Origin: Podarcis filfolensis
Lineage: Eukaryota
DNA: 64,000 nucleotides
NCBI GenBank assembly: GCA_964270895.1
Contig: OZ185438.1
Strand: one strand, 5' to 3'
The translations under genes were made by a program, and so were the position numbers. The notes under the pieces are model-generated. The model ran no database searches. It was given only the letters and a program-made list of their open reading frames with translations, and was not told where the DNA came from. Numbering within the stretch: position 1 is the stretch's first letter; each line of letters begins with the position of its first letter. Shown here piece by piece: positions 17,600 to 29,719 of the stretch.

Positions 17600-18830
17600 C
17601 GAGGACAGAAATATCCCCCTCCGCCTGTTCCCCTCGAGCTCGGTCTCCCGTCGGAGCCCATCCTCCGCTGCTCGTGGCCTCGGCAGCCAAAGGAAAATCC
17701 AGGCTCGCCCGGCAGCGGGAAGCGAATCGTTCATGGGAGCCGCACGAAGAGACGCGCGAAATGTTCCCCGCCCGCGAAACCGGCCAGGGGAAGCGGAGGC
17801 CGATGCCGGCCATAGATGGTCGGCGGGGTGGCGCCGCGGCCCCGATGGACACGGATACACTCCCGAGGCCTGCTTCGTGTCTTACCTCAGCCGGGGCTTG
17901 GCTCAGAAAGAAGGAAGCTCCGGAGGTCACGGCGCCACCAAGTCCTTCCGGCCTGGACGGCGAGCGGCAGGCGTTGAGGCGTCAGGGGCCTGACGGGTAA
18001 TGTAGTTCCGGCATCCGGGTACTTGAACTCCGCGGAAAAGGCTCGGGGCACGTGACGCGCTCCGAGCCTCCCCGTTGGGTTCAGTGCAGGACGCGGCTTC
18101 TCCGTCTCCCCTGCCATAAAAAAGCGCAAGGATGCGCAAAATGGCAGCGAGGCGCCCGCCGCTCCCGCTTCTCCTTTCCGTCACCCATGACGAGAGTTCG
18201 TGGGAAAGGCGTTGGAGAGCCGCTGCTGCTGCCCGTGCCCTGGAAATGGCGGGCTGTCGGCGAAACATCCCCCGTGTATATTTACCCCGAAGAAAATCGC
18301 AATAAGTTAAATGGGACTTAATGCCCCCACCCCACTTTCTGGTATGTTATGATTCATAGGCGGTTCCTGCTGTTTTGTAATTGACTTGAAAATTGTCTTT
18401 AAAAAAAAATCCACTGGGCTCCTTCCGCAGCAAGTTGGCTTAGTAAGATTGCCCCTGAAATTTGTCGCCCTCCCTTTCGAATCTGCGCTGTCCCTGCAGA
18501 GGATAAAACGCCTGCTTGATTCCAGCTGCACTGCTGCTCCCTTTGCACGGCCACACCAGGTTATGTAACGCGCGCCGCCTTCCTTTCAGCGGCAATGGAG
18601 CTTGTGCTCTTGTCGGGGCTTTTTTTTTCTCTCTCTCTCTCTCGCTCCCCTCCCCGCCCGCCGGGGCTGTGTTGGCATTTAAAAGCTGCGTCACGACAAG
18701 CAGCAGTTCGGCAGGTGAAGCTGTCAGCGCAGATGCAATGGGCGAGAAAAGCTTCACATTTGCTGATTTCCTGCTTGGCAGGAGGCTGTTGGAAGGCATC
18801 GGAGCCATCCTGAAAAACGAGTCGGGGTTA
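17600..18830. promoter_or_regulatory. RPL8: RPL8 CpG-island promoter
   Basis: CpG-dense; ETS + ZNF143-like ccggaACTACAttaccc (minus, 17995-18011), E-box cacgtgac ~18049, YY1-like aaaatggc ~18138 and aaatggcg ~18244. Confidence 0.85.
17886..17917 (-). promoter_or_regulatory. RPL8: RPL8 non-coding exon 1 with 5'TOP motif
   Basis: Minus strand CTTCCTTCTTTCTgagccaagccccggctgag|gtaaga: pyrimidine tract starting with C, then a consensus donor; exon 2 begins at 16961, 7 nt before the ATG. Confidence 0.85.
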
Positions 18831-18921
18831 GGCCATTAGAGAATTGGGAGGCTTTCATTCAGGCAAACTAAAATATCCTTGCTTGCTGAGATTAGGTAAT
18901 GCTGTCATGTTTCTTTTAAAC

Positions 18922-19127
18922 CAGTGGCTCTTAACCATGTTTGGGTCATGGGCTCTTCTGAGAACTTGATGAAAGCTATGGACCCCCCTCCCCAGAAAAA
19001 ATATACACAAACACATATATGCACAAACACTAAACACAAAATATGCATACAAATTTTATTTTCAGCATTGGGAGAAAAAAGTATTTTTTGGGTACAGATC
19101 CCCTGAAACATAGGTAAAGAACCCCAT
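18922..19127. mobile_element. hAT-type MITE
   Basis: Begins cagtggctcttaacc, ends ggtaaagaaccccat; identical 8-bp TSD ttttaaac at 18914-18921 and 19128-19135. Confidence 0.75.
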
Positions 19128-19919
19128 TTTTAAACTAAGAAGCTGCTCTGCTGACACCTTTCAACTCAGACCCAAGGTCTACAACATCCCTTGTTAGTTT
19201 CCAATTTTGGAGAAATACTGTCTGTTGATCCCTAGGACAGGCAATATCCAAAATGCTTCAAATAATACCTTTTTATAGTGTTCTTTATTTTTATTAAATT
19301 ATTTCAGCATACAACAACAGTTTGCAGATAAATAATGAAATATCCTAGCCCAGAAGCTGGTGTTTAGGCAATACATGCATAATAACAGCCAAATAACACA
19401 AGTTTCTATCCCAATCTACTCTTTTACAGATGGTGATGAACAGTTTAGGTTAACCAAAAAGTTTTAAAGTGTGAGGGGACCTCTCTACTTTTGTTTTTAG
19501 CTGTGTGCATAATAAAACTGCCATTCATTTACAAAGGAGTCTTTGTGCTTCATTCTAATAATACCTTTTTATTAGATGAATTGCATTGGCAGGTAACAGA
19601 CTTCTGATATGTACTGAATTCTTTTTTAGATCCAATGGAAACTATATGAACCATTTCAGATATTGTTGCCTTTTTAAAAAGCAGCATCTAAACTAATATC
19701 CAATTCAATGCTTTGTTTGGATGCAAGGCACGTTATTGGCTTAAAATACAACTAGGTTCTGTTTCTTTATTTGGATTGAAGCTGGTGTGTGTGTACACCA
19801 CTTCCCAAACCAGCAACAGGAACACATGGGAGTAAATGGGAGTGTGTACACAGCCACTGTACACCTCCAGTTTCTGATTGTCTTTTACATATGTAACACC
19901 CGTGTCTGAGAAATTAGCC

Positions 19920-20830
19920 AGTTGCCTGCCCTGGAGACGGTTGTACTCCCCTTGAAGGAGCAAGCATACAGTCTGCAGACGCTTTGGGAACCAGCTTTTG
20001 TCACTGGAGGCACAGTTGACAATAATACACAGAGAGCTTGCAACAGAGTCCATCACTCCATCACTCTGCTGCTACAGATTAAGCCACACTGGTGTATGCG
20101 TTGGAGCTGTGGGACTGAAGGGAGAAAAGAATAAAAATACCACCCGCCAGGAAAACCAATTATTCTAAGGGCCTAGGTAAAAAGGTAACTAATCCATTAA
20201 CTAGAGGCTTTGGAAAAAGCAAGAAAGTAGTGCAACTTCAAGTTATGGATGTGATTCTAACAGTGGGCCTTATACAGGCAGGTTGATGGTTTCTCATGAT
20301 ATGACAGATACTTGAAGCAAATCTGCAGTGACAAATATTTTAGTAATGTCTGAATGTAAGAACTAGAAATGTCTTTTGTCAGTTTGGCTGGTACAACAGC
20401 TACAGCCATTGCTGGACTTGACCACAGTACAGTAGTAGTCCAGGCACCGTTAAAGATTTGATTTCGTCAATGAACTCTATGTAAGGCTTCCCTTGTGCTT
20501 GGTCTGGAAACTGCAGTTAGTGCAGAATGCTGCAGGAGTGAGACCCTGTCAGCATATTACACCTCTGCTCAGAGATCTGTACTGGCTGCTGGTTTGTTAC
20601 TAGGTCAAATTCAAGGTGTTATTATTAGTATATAAAGCCTTCAACACCTTGGGACCAGTTTGCTTGAAGGATCGCCTTACCCCATCTACGCCCATTTGAC
20701 GGCTTCGATCTGTGCAGCTGGCACTTCTACAAGTGCCACATAATGACCATTCTGCACCTACACTCTGAAACGCCCTGCCAATTAATATTAGGCAAGTGCC
20801 ATCACCATGTTGTTTTCAGCACCTGCAACA
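19920..20830 (+). mobile_element. L2 LINE 3' fragments
   Basis: gttgtactccccttgaaggagca (VLPLKEQ), ctgcagttagtgcagaatgctgca (LQLVQNAA), ctgtactggctg..caaattcaaggtgttatta..tataaagcc: typical L2 ORF2 C-terminal motifs, interrupted. Confidence 0.8.
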
Positions 20831-21039
20831 GACGTTTTTGTTTTGGCAAGTCTGCCAAGGCATGCAACTTTAACATGCAATTTTATTATAAACCCTAAAC
20901 AACATAGGCCCCAAATATCTGAAAGATGCTTCCTGCTCTACAGACCCTCTTAGGTATTAACCCTTTTGGTTCCACCACCCACCTGCAGTCTTTTGTGTGT
21001 ATTTTTCAAGGAGAGGACATTACTTGAGGACGTTTTCAA

Positions 21040-21580
21040 GGGAGAGGACATTCCATTATGATTTACAGTGTCGAAGGCCTTAGTCAGGTCAATAAACACC
21101 ATATACAGGGGTTGGGTTTGCTCTCTGCATTTTTCTTGAAACTGTCGAGCAGTGAAAATCATACCCTCTGTCCCCCCTAGAAGGTCAAAAACCATTCTGG
21201 GATTCAGGAAGGGTGCCCTCAGATATAGTTAGGAGAAGGTTTGCTAAGATCCTTCAAGAATTTGTTAATAAAGAGATGCCTCAATATTTCCACAATACAT
21301 TCTATCACCTTTTTTATAAAAAAAAAAGATTGATAATTTTGGCATCCCTAAAGTCTGCTGGGATCTCTTCTCTCGCCCATATTTTTCAGATGAGCTTGTG
21401 TGTAGTAAGTTCAATTCTGTTCACTTTGAAGACTTTGGCAAGTGTCCCATCAAGTTCGATGACTTTTTTGTTTTTCATTTGGTTAATGGCAGTACACAAC
21501 TCTCCCAGATTTGGAGATACTGCAAGCTCATGTCTATTTTGTTTTTGCAGGGCCACCATTTTTATCTGTAAGCTGCCTTG
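21040..21580 (-). mobile_element. Degenerate RTE (BovB-like) LINE RT fragment
   Basis: ORF track: GMIFTARQFQEKCREQTQPLYMVFIDLTKAFDTVNH (RT domain) and upstream SPNLGELCTAINQMKNKK..DGTLAKVFK. Confidence 0.88.
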
Positions 21581-21674
21581 AGTCCTTGGCAGGGAAAAAG
21601 GTAGAGAACAGCTGCCTGGATGCTTGTGGAGCGACAAGAGAAACACGAGAACAGTGATGACTAGATGCTCATTG

Positions 21675-21689
21675 CGGGCAGGTGGCGCT
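21675..21689 (+). promoter_or_regulatory. Candidate CTCF site
   Basis: cgggCAGGTGGCGCt matches the CTCF core (CCASYAGRKGGCRS) with two 5' mismatches. Confidence 0.4.
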
Positions 21690-22330
21690 GTTACGTGAGT
21701 GAATATGGGGAAGAGTGTCATATCACCTAGGGATTCTTACAGTCCGCATCTCTCATCTTTCTCCTTCATCTCCCAATGAAAAGCTCCCAGGGTCTCCATT
21801 CCAACTGCACCAGTTGTAGAACACAAGGTAGCCATTTGCAACGTTGCTCATCTTTTCTACAGTAGGGAGTTGCTCTGTAGTTTCAGTTTGTTCTGTTCCA
21901 TATGCCCTGGTTCATATCCTGCACGCATGAGTGTCGTGACTGTTTGGCCAGCAGCGGCAATACCCAAAAGACGAGTCTGCTATTGTGCTCCTCGTTGCTT
22001 TCTCTGGGATGTAGTGGAAGTTTGTTTGCAGTGGGGTTATAGCGGCCACCAGGGCCTCTGTTTTTACACACTACAGATTTACCCTATATCCCCTTGTACA
22101 AGGAAAACTCGCAGGTAAGGTTAAGCCAATCCACATTTTGTCCCTATTCTGGTGAGAGATACTCTGTGGCCTTGAGTGCTTTCCACGTCTTTCTTTCCTT
22201 GGGGAAGTTGGAGTAAGTGCAGGTGCCATACTTTGAGGCATGGTCTCCCCTTCCATGCTTACCCGTGTGCCGTGGGGGAGTGCCTTGTTCTTAGACCACC
22301 ATTTGCAGGAGTGGAGATTTTTAATGGGTA

Positions 22331-22552
22331 CAGTAATACCTCCATGACTGTCCGCCTTATCTAGCATCCATTCTGGCGAACATCCATGTTAAACCCGGAA
22401 GTACCGGAATGGGTTACTTCCAGGTTTGTTGCTTGCGCATGCATGGAAGCACAAACCGTTCCGTGCACAAATGCGGCACTTTGCCCTGCGTCCTTTTCAG
22501 CTAGCAGCCGGGGCTCTGGAACGGATCCCGGCCGCAAAACAAGGTACGACTG
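22331..22552. mobile_element. Tc1/mariner-type MITE
   Basis: ta|cagtaatacctc ... aaggtacgactg|ta; same terminal family as 59195-59418. Confidence 0.75.
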
Positions 22553-23533
22553 TATTAGTGTCCTGACATGCGCTCACAGCAGCCTAAAGAACAAAAGATG
22601 AATAGAATCTGGTCGTGTTTACAGATATTGGACCTTACATGTTGGCCTTTGGCAATCCAATATGTGGCTGTGTGCTAGGACAGGCTTGCCTGCATATAGG
22701 CTCTGAACCATTATCTGAACCATTACCTGCACCATTCTACTTTTTGTAACAGCATTTTAAGTTAACCAATGTGTTTTACAATCTTCTCATCCTCACGATG
22801 ACACTGTCAAGCAGATCATAGTGCTGCTTGAGCATTATAACAAAACAAACAGTACTAGTCCCTTAAAAATACAGTGGCATGGACTGTCTTGGGCTAGAGT
22901 CCTCTTCATTAGATGCATCATTCTTAGTAACCAACAAAAGCATATTTTTACACTTGCCAGCTTTAAACTGCTGCTGGACTGTTGTTTTATTTCTGGTGTA
23001 AGCCATGGCTAGCTGGCTACCTCTTTGATTAAAAGTGTACCAGAGCTGTGTACTCAGTATCATACAATGAGCCATATTCTGGTGGGCTGGTTTTGTTTTT
23101 TTAAAAGGTATAAGACAAGGCTGTTGCCAGTTGGCTTACTGAGAAGGAAAATGTGCTGCCAATATTGTGCCCAATCAAAATGTGACCCAGCCTAAGTATT
23201 TTAAGTTGTATAGGAGGAGAAACAATTAAGAATCATGAGCCTCAGAAATGAATGAATAGCATGAGCATGTACAGAGTGTGCTTGCCTCCGCAACATGGAA
23301 TTTGTTTGTATTTAATAACTTAAGCCTAAACCCTTAGTCATCTACGTGATGCATGGAATCACTTTTTTTACCAAAATGCCAAGGAAAAAAGGGGGAAAAG
23401 ACGAAAGTTAATTTAACAGCATCAAATAATTATCAATGTATTGCTAAGGGCGGGGGGGGGGGGAATCAGGACTCAGCTACAGTGGCAAAGAAAAAGCACT
23501 TTATATGTGTTGTTTATCCTTTCTAACACCGTG

Positions 23534-23548
23534 ACACCAGGTGGCGCT
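23534..23548 (+). promoter_or_regulatory. Candidate CTCF site
   Basis: aCACCAGGTGGCGCt, 13/14 match to the CTCF core, with a retained CpG in CpG-poor surroundings. Confidence 0.6.
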
Positions 23549-24149
23549 GTGGAGTTTTGTTTTTGCCAACCCGATTTCTCATACAAAGTTTAGAACACGT
23601 TTATGAAATGCTTCTTTGATGTGTCTTGATCCAGCCTCAGTGTCTTACGTGTTCCAGTTCCCTAGAACAGCTTCAGTCTAGATTTCACCAAAAACACAGG
23701 AACCTAGGCTCTGTGGCAGATTTTTGGTGGGCTATATCACACCTAATCATGGAGTTTGTGATTTGGTCACCAACATTTGCACATCTTACAATCACCACAA
23801 TCGAGTTTTGCAATCTATCCGCCCAATGGCAGTTTGTACACATACACAATAAATGTCCCTAGGTCCAAGCAAGCTATAAGTACGAGCACACACCCTTTCT
23901 CAGGTGGTACAGGCGAAGAGAGGCAGTGGCTGTCGGGACTCACCCACCCCTCAGTGGGCTAAAGCCAGGCACCTTGGTGGGCTAGCACCAGTCGCAGCAG
24001 ACCGGCTGCATCTCCTGTTCTTCCTCCTCGCCACCTTCTGACTCCTTCTCAGGGACCCCCTCACCGCGCCGCCATCTTGGGAACCGGCCCAGCTGAAACC
24101 AGGCAACATCCAGGGACAAGCCTGCTCCAAGCCAATTTTTGTAAGGTCG

Positions 24150-24228
24150 CGAATATAAGCCGCACTTTAACTTTTCATGGTCGGAGTTTGGGGGGGAAAG
24201 TGAGGCTTATATTCAGGCCAATGCAGTA
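24150..24228. mobile_element. Tigger/pogo-like MITE right end (partial)
   Basis: Subterminal inverted pair gaatataagccgc / gaggcttatattc, then aggccaatgcag|ta. Confidence 0.6.
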
Positions 24229-26168
24229 TTTTTATATGACATTCTTGTTTCAGAGCATCAGCCTTTAAACCAACTTCCTACTCTGCACCTGTATTACCAA
24301 GTTTCCAGGCTCATACCATCCATTACTGGTCAAAAAGAAATATACGTCCCGGCACATCTCTCCTTTCCTCTCAGCATAATTACCCTGTGACTTCCATCAG
24401 CTGTTAATGAAGGATAGCTGTTGTAGAATTGACAGATGAAATTTTTAAAAAATAACTTGAATTCTCAATCTCCCAGTCATCAAACAAAAATGGTATAATT
24501 GTAGTAACAACAACAACAACATTTATTTTTTATTTTATTTTTTACAAACAAGAGACTCACAGTATGTCCAGTGGTGTTCACTCACACAAACATGCAGGCC
24601 AGTGAAATGAGATAAGAGAAGAGAACAGCAAGGCAGCTCAGGGAAAGAAACACGAGGGCTTGGCTCTGCAGCTGTGTAGGTGTGGCCTTGGAAATGAGCT
24701 CGGACCATGTTCAGAGCAGATTTGTCATTCTGATAGGTCTACCATAGCAGCAGCCCTGTTAATATTACGTATGCCATGGCTGAATTGCCATCATGAGAAC
24801 AGGAGGAAGGGAGAACTTGCGGAGCTAGGGCCAAGGAGCTTGCAGTTCTAGTAACATACAAATTTATCACCTGGCGTCAAGATGTCGCCAAATCCCTTGC
24901 AACTTATCAAATGGCATTTGATCTCTCCTGAGAGCTTGCAGTTCTTCGCATCTCTGCAATTGATTGAAGGCAATTCAGAGGAGAACAACATGCACCAACA
25001 ATACAGAGGCCGATTGTATGCCTTGTGTCCCTTCCAGGAATGATCTATCCAGCATGTACATAACAGCCTCCTGGCAGTGGCTGTCAGGAGTTCCTTTATG
25101 AAGGTTTGCCAAGAAAGGAACAATATCACATACCAGGGCAGCTTGTTGGCAAAACGGAAGGGGCTGCTTTGCCCTGCCGCCACCATCTACCTACTCCTGC
25201 CGCTGCTGCATCTGCTACTGGACCAAAATCAGTGCCAATGGTGGGGTACCCATGGAGGCTTCTGCTGCCTGAAGCAGTGGTCTCATCCTGCCCTATAGCT
25301 GGGCCAGCTCTGCCACATACCATTTCAGCAGATTTCACTTCTTGCCCCCTGCCTGTCCTGTCAGTAGCCTCCTTGAACAAGGAGGGCCTTTCCAAAAAAA
25401 GGCCCCAGTAACCCCTCCATTTCAGCTTCCAGTGGGAAATGAGATGTCTTTGCATAAAGATCCTTGGTACCATGTATTCTATTATCTAGATGTGTAGATT
25501 GTCCAGCACTTTTTATTGATATTTTCTTACTGATGTTTTATTGATCCTGCAATAATGTATGTTGTTCGCAGGCTTAATAAAAGTGTGGTGTATGCATAGC
25601 TAAATAAATAATCATAGTAATCCCTGGGTAGTTTCCAGAACATCATAAAATTAACAGCAGTTGCAAAAATACACGTCAATTAAACCAACAATTAAAAGTA
25701 CGGTATATTTTAAAGAAGCACAGAACAGTCTAAAACACTGCAAAAAAAATTTTTAAGTCTCACTGGTTCTCTCCAAATGCCTGAGAGAGTAAGAATGTTT
25801 GGGGTTGATGTCAGAAGAGCTTCTGCAAGTAATTTGAGACTATGCTGAGCTTGATGGATCCATGTTTTGACTCAGGATAAGGCAGCTGCCCAGGTTCTTT
25901 GTATGCAGAAGTTATACAATAATTCCTGTTTGTTTTTATTTTTTCTCTAACAGAAACATGCCAGATCAATTGTCATGTCAATCAATGTCAAAATGCATAA
26001 AGTATGAGACAGATTCAACTAACAGATCCCACTACTAGAAGCCTGCACAAGGACATCCTGTAATGCAATAGGATCCTCCTCAGAGTAAATCTATTGAAAT
26101 CAATGAGCATGACTAAGTTATGCCTATAAATTTCAGTGGGTCTACTCTGAGTAGGACTTGCATTGGCA

Positions 26169-26170
<2 letters not shown>

Positions 26171-26213
<43 letters not shown>
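26171..26213. repeat. (AAT)n microsatellite, probably a retroelement tail
   Basis: About 14 AAT units next to ccccgcccatctggctgggc, a common lizard LINE/SINE 3' end on the minus strand. Confidence 0.95.
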
Positions 26214-27708
26214 TTGATATTTCTACCCCGCCCATCTGGCTGGGCTTCCCCTCTTACAACTCATCATTGACGGTTTTTACAGTGCTACATGGGTGCATGG
26301 ACCATTCTAATTTAGGATCATAATTCTACATCAAGCAAATGCAAACTAAAATTATTTGTGGGAGAGAAAGGAAGTGTTAGTATTTTTTCATTTTGGTTAA
26401 AATAGTGCTATACCACCATTTTCTAAATGCATGGGAAAGTATGCAAAATATTCAGATGTACTGTATACATTTCCCCCTTTAAAAAAAATGTAAGAAGATT
26501 CAGCTGGGTGGAAGGCAAGCAGAGAAATCATTGGGTGGTAGCCAAAAAGCCATTTTTGAAGTAGGTACTGGAGAAGACAAAGTGGCTTAAAAAATGATCT
26601 CATTGGGGTGGCATATTTTAAAATTTATAAACTAAAACTGCAAGAGAAGCTATAAGAGCAATGCATGCATTTGCCAAATAGATCTGTCCTTTTATGATGC
26701 ATTTTTAATGCATGCATATTCCATGGCAACCTTATGGAAATCTCAGCAAACGTTCCAAATATAGCGTTTACCCAATTCATCCTAAGGGTTTGTTTTTAAG
26801 TTGCCTTGTTTTTCCCTTCTTTATTTCCTTCTGGACCTCCCAAACACTTTAATGACAGCATTGATTTCATAGCACCTTCCCTGGAGGTTTAAGCGAGGGC
26901 TGCAATGCACTGGCAGTTTAAAGACCAAGGAACATGAAGGGTTTCTCTCCTTTCATAAAGGTTACTTCTTATAACAACACATTTATTGGGAGATGAAAAA
27001 GAAGAACTAATACCTGTATGTTGGAAGCAGGAGACTTTTGAGTTTTCCCAGTGGAATATGTCCCCCCCCCCCGCCCCCCGCTTCTTCTTATGCGACGTTA
27101 ATCTGGTGTCTGCTGCTTTGTTTTTGCTATGTGCTCTTGTAGGCACTTGGAGAACTATTGGGATTATCAGTGACTTCATCAGAGACCGAAACTTAAGCTG
27201 CTAAGAGGAAGAGGGAGTTTGCAACACCTAAACACCTTAAAAAGCAAAACAAAACTCCAAGCACACATGGCAGAAAAATGATCTGAATGCATCCTAAAGA
27301 CGGTTGTGTGAGAAAGGGCACAGTATGCAAATACAACAAAGGATCTTGTGGCACCTTCAAGTTCTTTGTTAATATTTTATGTGCCATAGGACTTTTTTTC
27401 TTGTTTCTGCTACCCTTCTGGGATTTGTACACGAAGAACTACACACACAGCACTTTTGATGCAGCTACACATCTGCATCCATGATGAAACCTTGATAGTC
27501 ATTTTGGGAGGAAAGACTGGCCTTTCATGCTGTGTTGCCGTCCTGATTCATTTGATACGTGCAGATAGACACCCTCCATAGGGATCCTGTTGAAATGTCT
27601 AGGCTCTTTAAGGAATATTGGAGGATTTACAATACTATATTAATCATAAACAAACCTTCTGATTCCTGAGGTGAGTTCCAGCACCTCTTTTTCTAGAAAA
27701 ACAGCACT

Positions 27709-27952
27709 GAAGAAGAAGAGTTTGGATTTTATATCCTGCTTTATCACTACCCGAAGGAGTCTCAAAGCGGCTAACAATCTCCTTTCCCTTCCTCCCCCAC
27801 AACAAACACTCTGTGAGGTGAGTGGGGCTGAGAGACTTCAAAGAAGTGTGACGAGCCCAAGGTCACCCAGCAGCTGCATGTGGAGAAGCATGGAATCAAA
27901 CCCGGTTCACCAGATTATGAGACTCCCGCTCTTAACCACTACACCACACTGG
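27709..27952 (-). mobile_element. tRNA-derived squamate SINE (Squam1/2-like)
   Basis: Minus strand ccagtgtggtgtagtggttaagagcg (A box) .. gggtttgattcc (B box) .. ctgggtgaccttgggc .. gctttgagactccttcgggtagtgataaagc .. (ctt)n tail. Confidence 0.88.
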
Positions 27953-29457
27953 ATGTCCCTATTTTCATCAGAGAAATATTGGAGGGTATGTGCTCATCAG
28001 AATCATGCATAACTGATGACTGTGAGAGGAACATGCATTTGCCAAAGAGAGGCTCCTTTTCCGCCCCTGCCCCTTGTCTCCCCTAATCCTGCCTTCTTCT
28101 GGGTCAAAAAGGACCTGCACATTGGCGATTGTGCATCAGTTGGATGCACCTAAAATGGCCGCCGCCTGTGTATCCTGGCCCCAGGATACCCCACAGCCCA
28201 GAAACTCTGGGAAATTGCAATCAAATATCACTAGCAAGCTTAGCAAGTTAATGCATGAAGGGGTTAAGATCACTGAATTGTATTGCTAGACTCAGTTAAG
28301 TCACGCCCCTCATATCTAGTGAAGGAGGAAGTGAACCTTTCTTCATTCTCTTCCACCATGTGAAGCCAACCAGGCAATATGTCTGGGCTCGACTGCTTCA
28401 AGTTAAGACCATGTGTTCAGAAGTATTTTTCCGTATTTTGCAAACCCAATATTTCTGCCTGTGTTCTTCTTGCTGCTGCTTTTTGCTGGAGCTTTTAAGC
28501 AAAGCATTTAAACTTATGAATGCTATGGTCTGTTCACTGCAAGAGGAATAGAGAAGGGAAGCACTGTAAGCAGACTAAATGAGATAGTTAAAGTGTCTGC
28601 AACCTGTGCTCCTTATGCTTCACTGTGCTGCACAATTTTGTAATTTTATGACTCTGCTGTGTAATTTTATGACTCTTGCTGAATCCAGCCTCTTTATTAT
28701 TATTAATTACCTCACACAGGCGATTGTATTTATTGCACGGAAACCTCAGCCACCCCAACCAGAAACCTCAGCCGCGAGCCACAACAAACAACCTGAGGCA
28801 TTTTCCACCCAGCGCCAGAACTACAGTTCCACAGCTGCTAATGGGATGGACCATAGTCGGGATGGAACTGCTGCAATAGAACAACATGGGCTTTGAAGCC
28901 CAGAGTTTATATACCTCTTTGAACAAAAACTTCAAAAACTGTTTCAGACTGAATATGTGCAGCCATGCCTTTTCCTATGGACTAGTGTAGCCAGGATACT
29001 ACTTGGCAGGGTGTGGTGGATTCCTGCCCTGTCAGGATACTCTTCTTCCTTTCCTTAATGGAGCCCAAATGCATATGCAGTCCTTTAGCCAGTGTAGATA
29101 AATGTAGACTCTTGATTAATAGGACCGCCCTCATTGAGAGGGGGCACTTTTTTGTAATGTTGGTCTGATTAGATCACATTCCCTGAGCTAAGGTAAACTT
29201 GGCTTATAAAGACAGGACATTTATCATGAAGCAATCAGTGTAACTCTTCAGATACTTGTTTCCCGGATGCTTCCAGCTTCCCTCCTTTTTCTGAATAAAC
29301 CAATTCCATTCTAAACTCTTAGCTGAGGTAAAGCATATCCCAGGCTCCTGCAGCAAGCAGCTGACCCAACAGTTTATTTATTAAATTTGTATCCCGCCCT
29401 CCCACTCCAAGGTGCTCAGGGTGACAAAAAACAAGTGAATAAAAACACAATTGGGGG

Positions 29458-29622
29458 CAACATAGGAAGCTGCCTTATACTGAGTTAGACCATTGATCTA
29501 TTTAGCTCAGTGTTGTCACTTGCTGGCAAATGCTCTCCAGGATTTCCGGTCTTTCCTGGAGATGCCAGGGATTGAACCTGGGGACTTCTGCATGCAAAGC
29601 AAATGCTCTACCATGAAGCTAC
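29458..29622 (-). mobile_element. Squam3-like tRNA-derived SINE
   Basis: Minus strand gtagagcatttgctttgcatgcagaagtcccaggttcaatccctggcatctcc ... ctcagtataaggcagcttcctatg. Confidence 0.85.
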
Positions 29623-29719
29623 TGGTGATAGCACCTTCTCCAGCACTAACATGTAACTATATTGGTGTAAACCTTTCAAGCAGTCGTGCTGTGCTCTGCT
29701 GGTCCAAGTGATTTAGTCT

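Noticed and set aside
17526-18268. Overlapping ORFs across RPL8 exon 1/intron 1
   Set aside because: Same GC-rich artefact; the true RPL8 start is at 16954.
26036-26165. Palindromic ctcagagta..gaaat..atttc..tactctgag segments (similar at ~8190-8250 and ~42725-42810) as possible miRNA or regulatory hairpins
   Set aside because: They recur three times in the window in unrelated contexts, consistent with a common squamate MITE family.
29560-29622. tRNA-like sequences here and at 9440-9507, 27880-27952, 31874-31940
   Set aside because: A/B boxes belong to SINE heads followed by SINE bodies; no complete cloverleaf.
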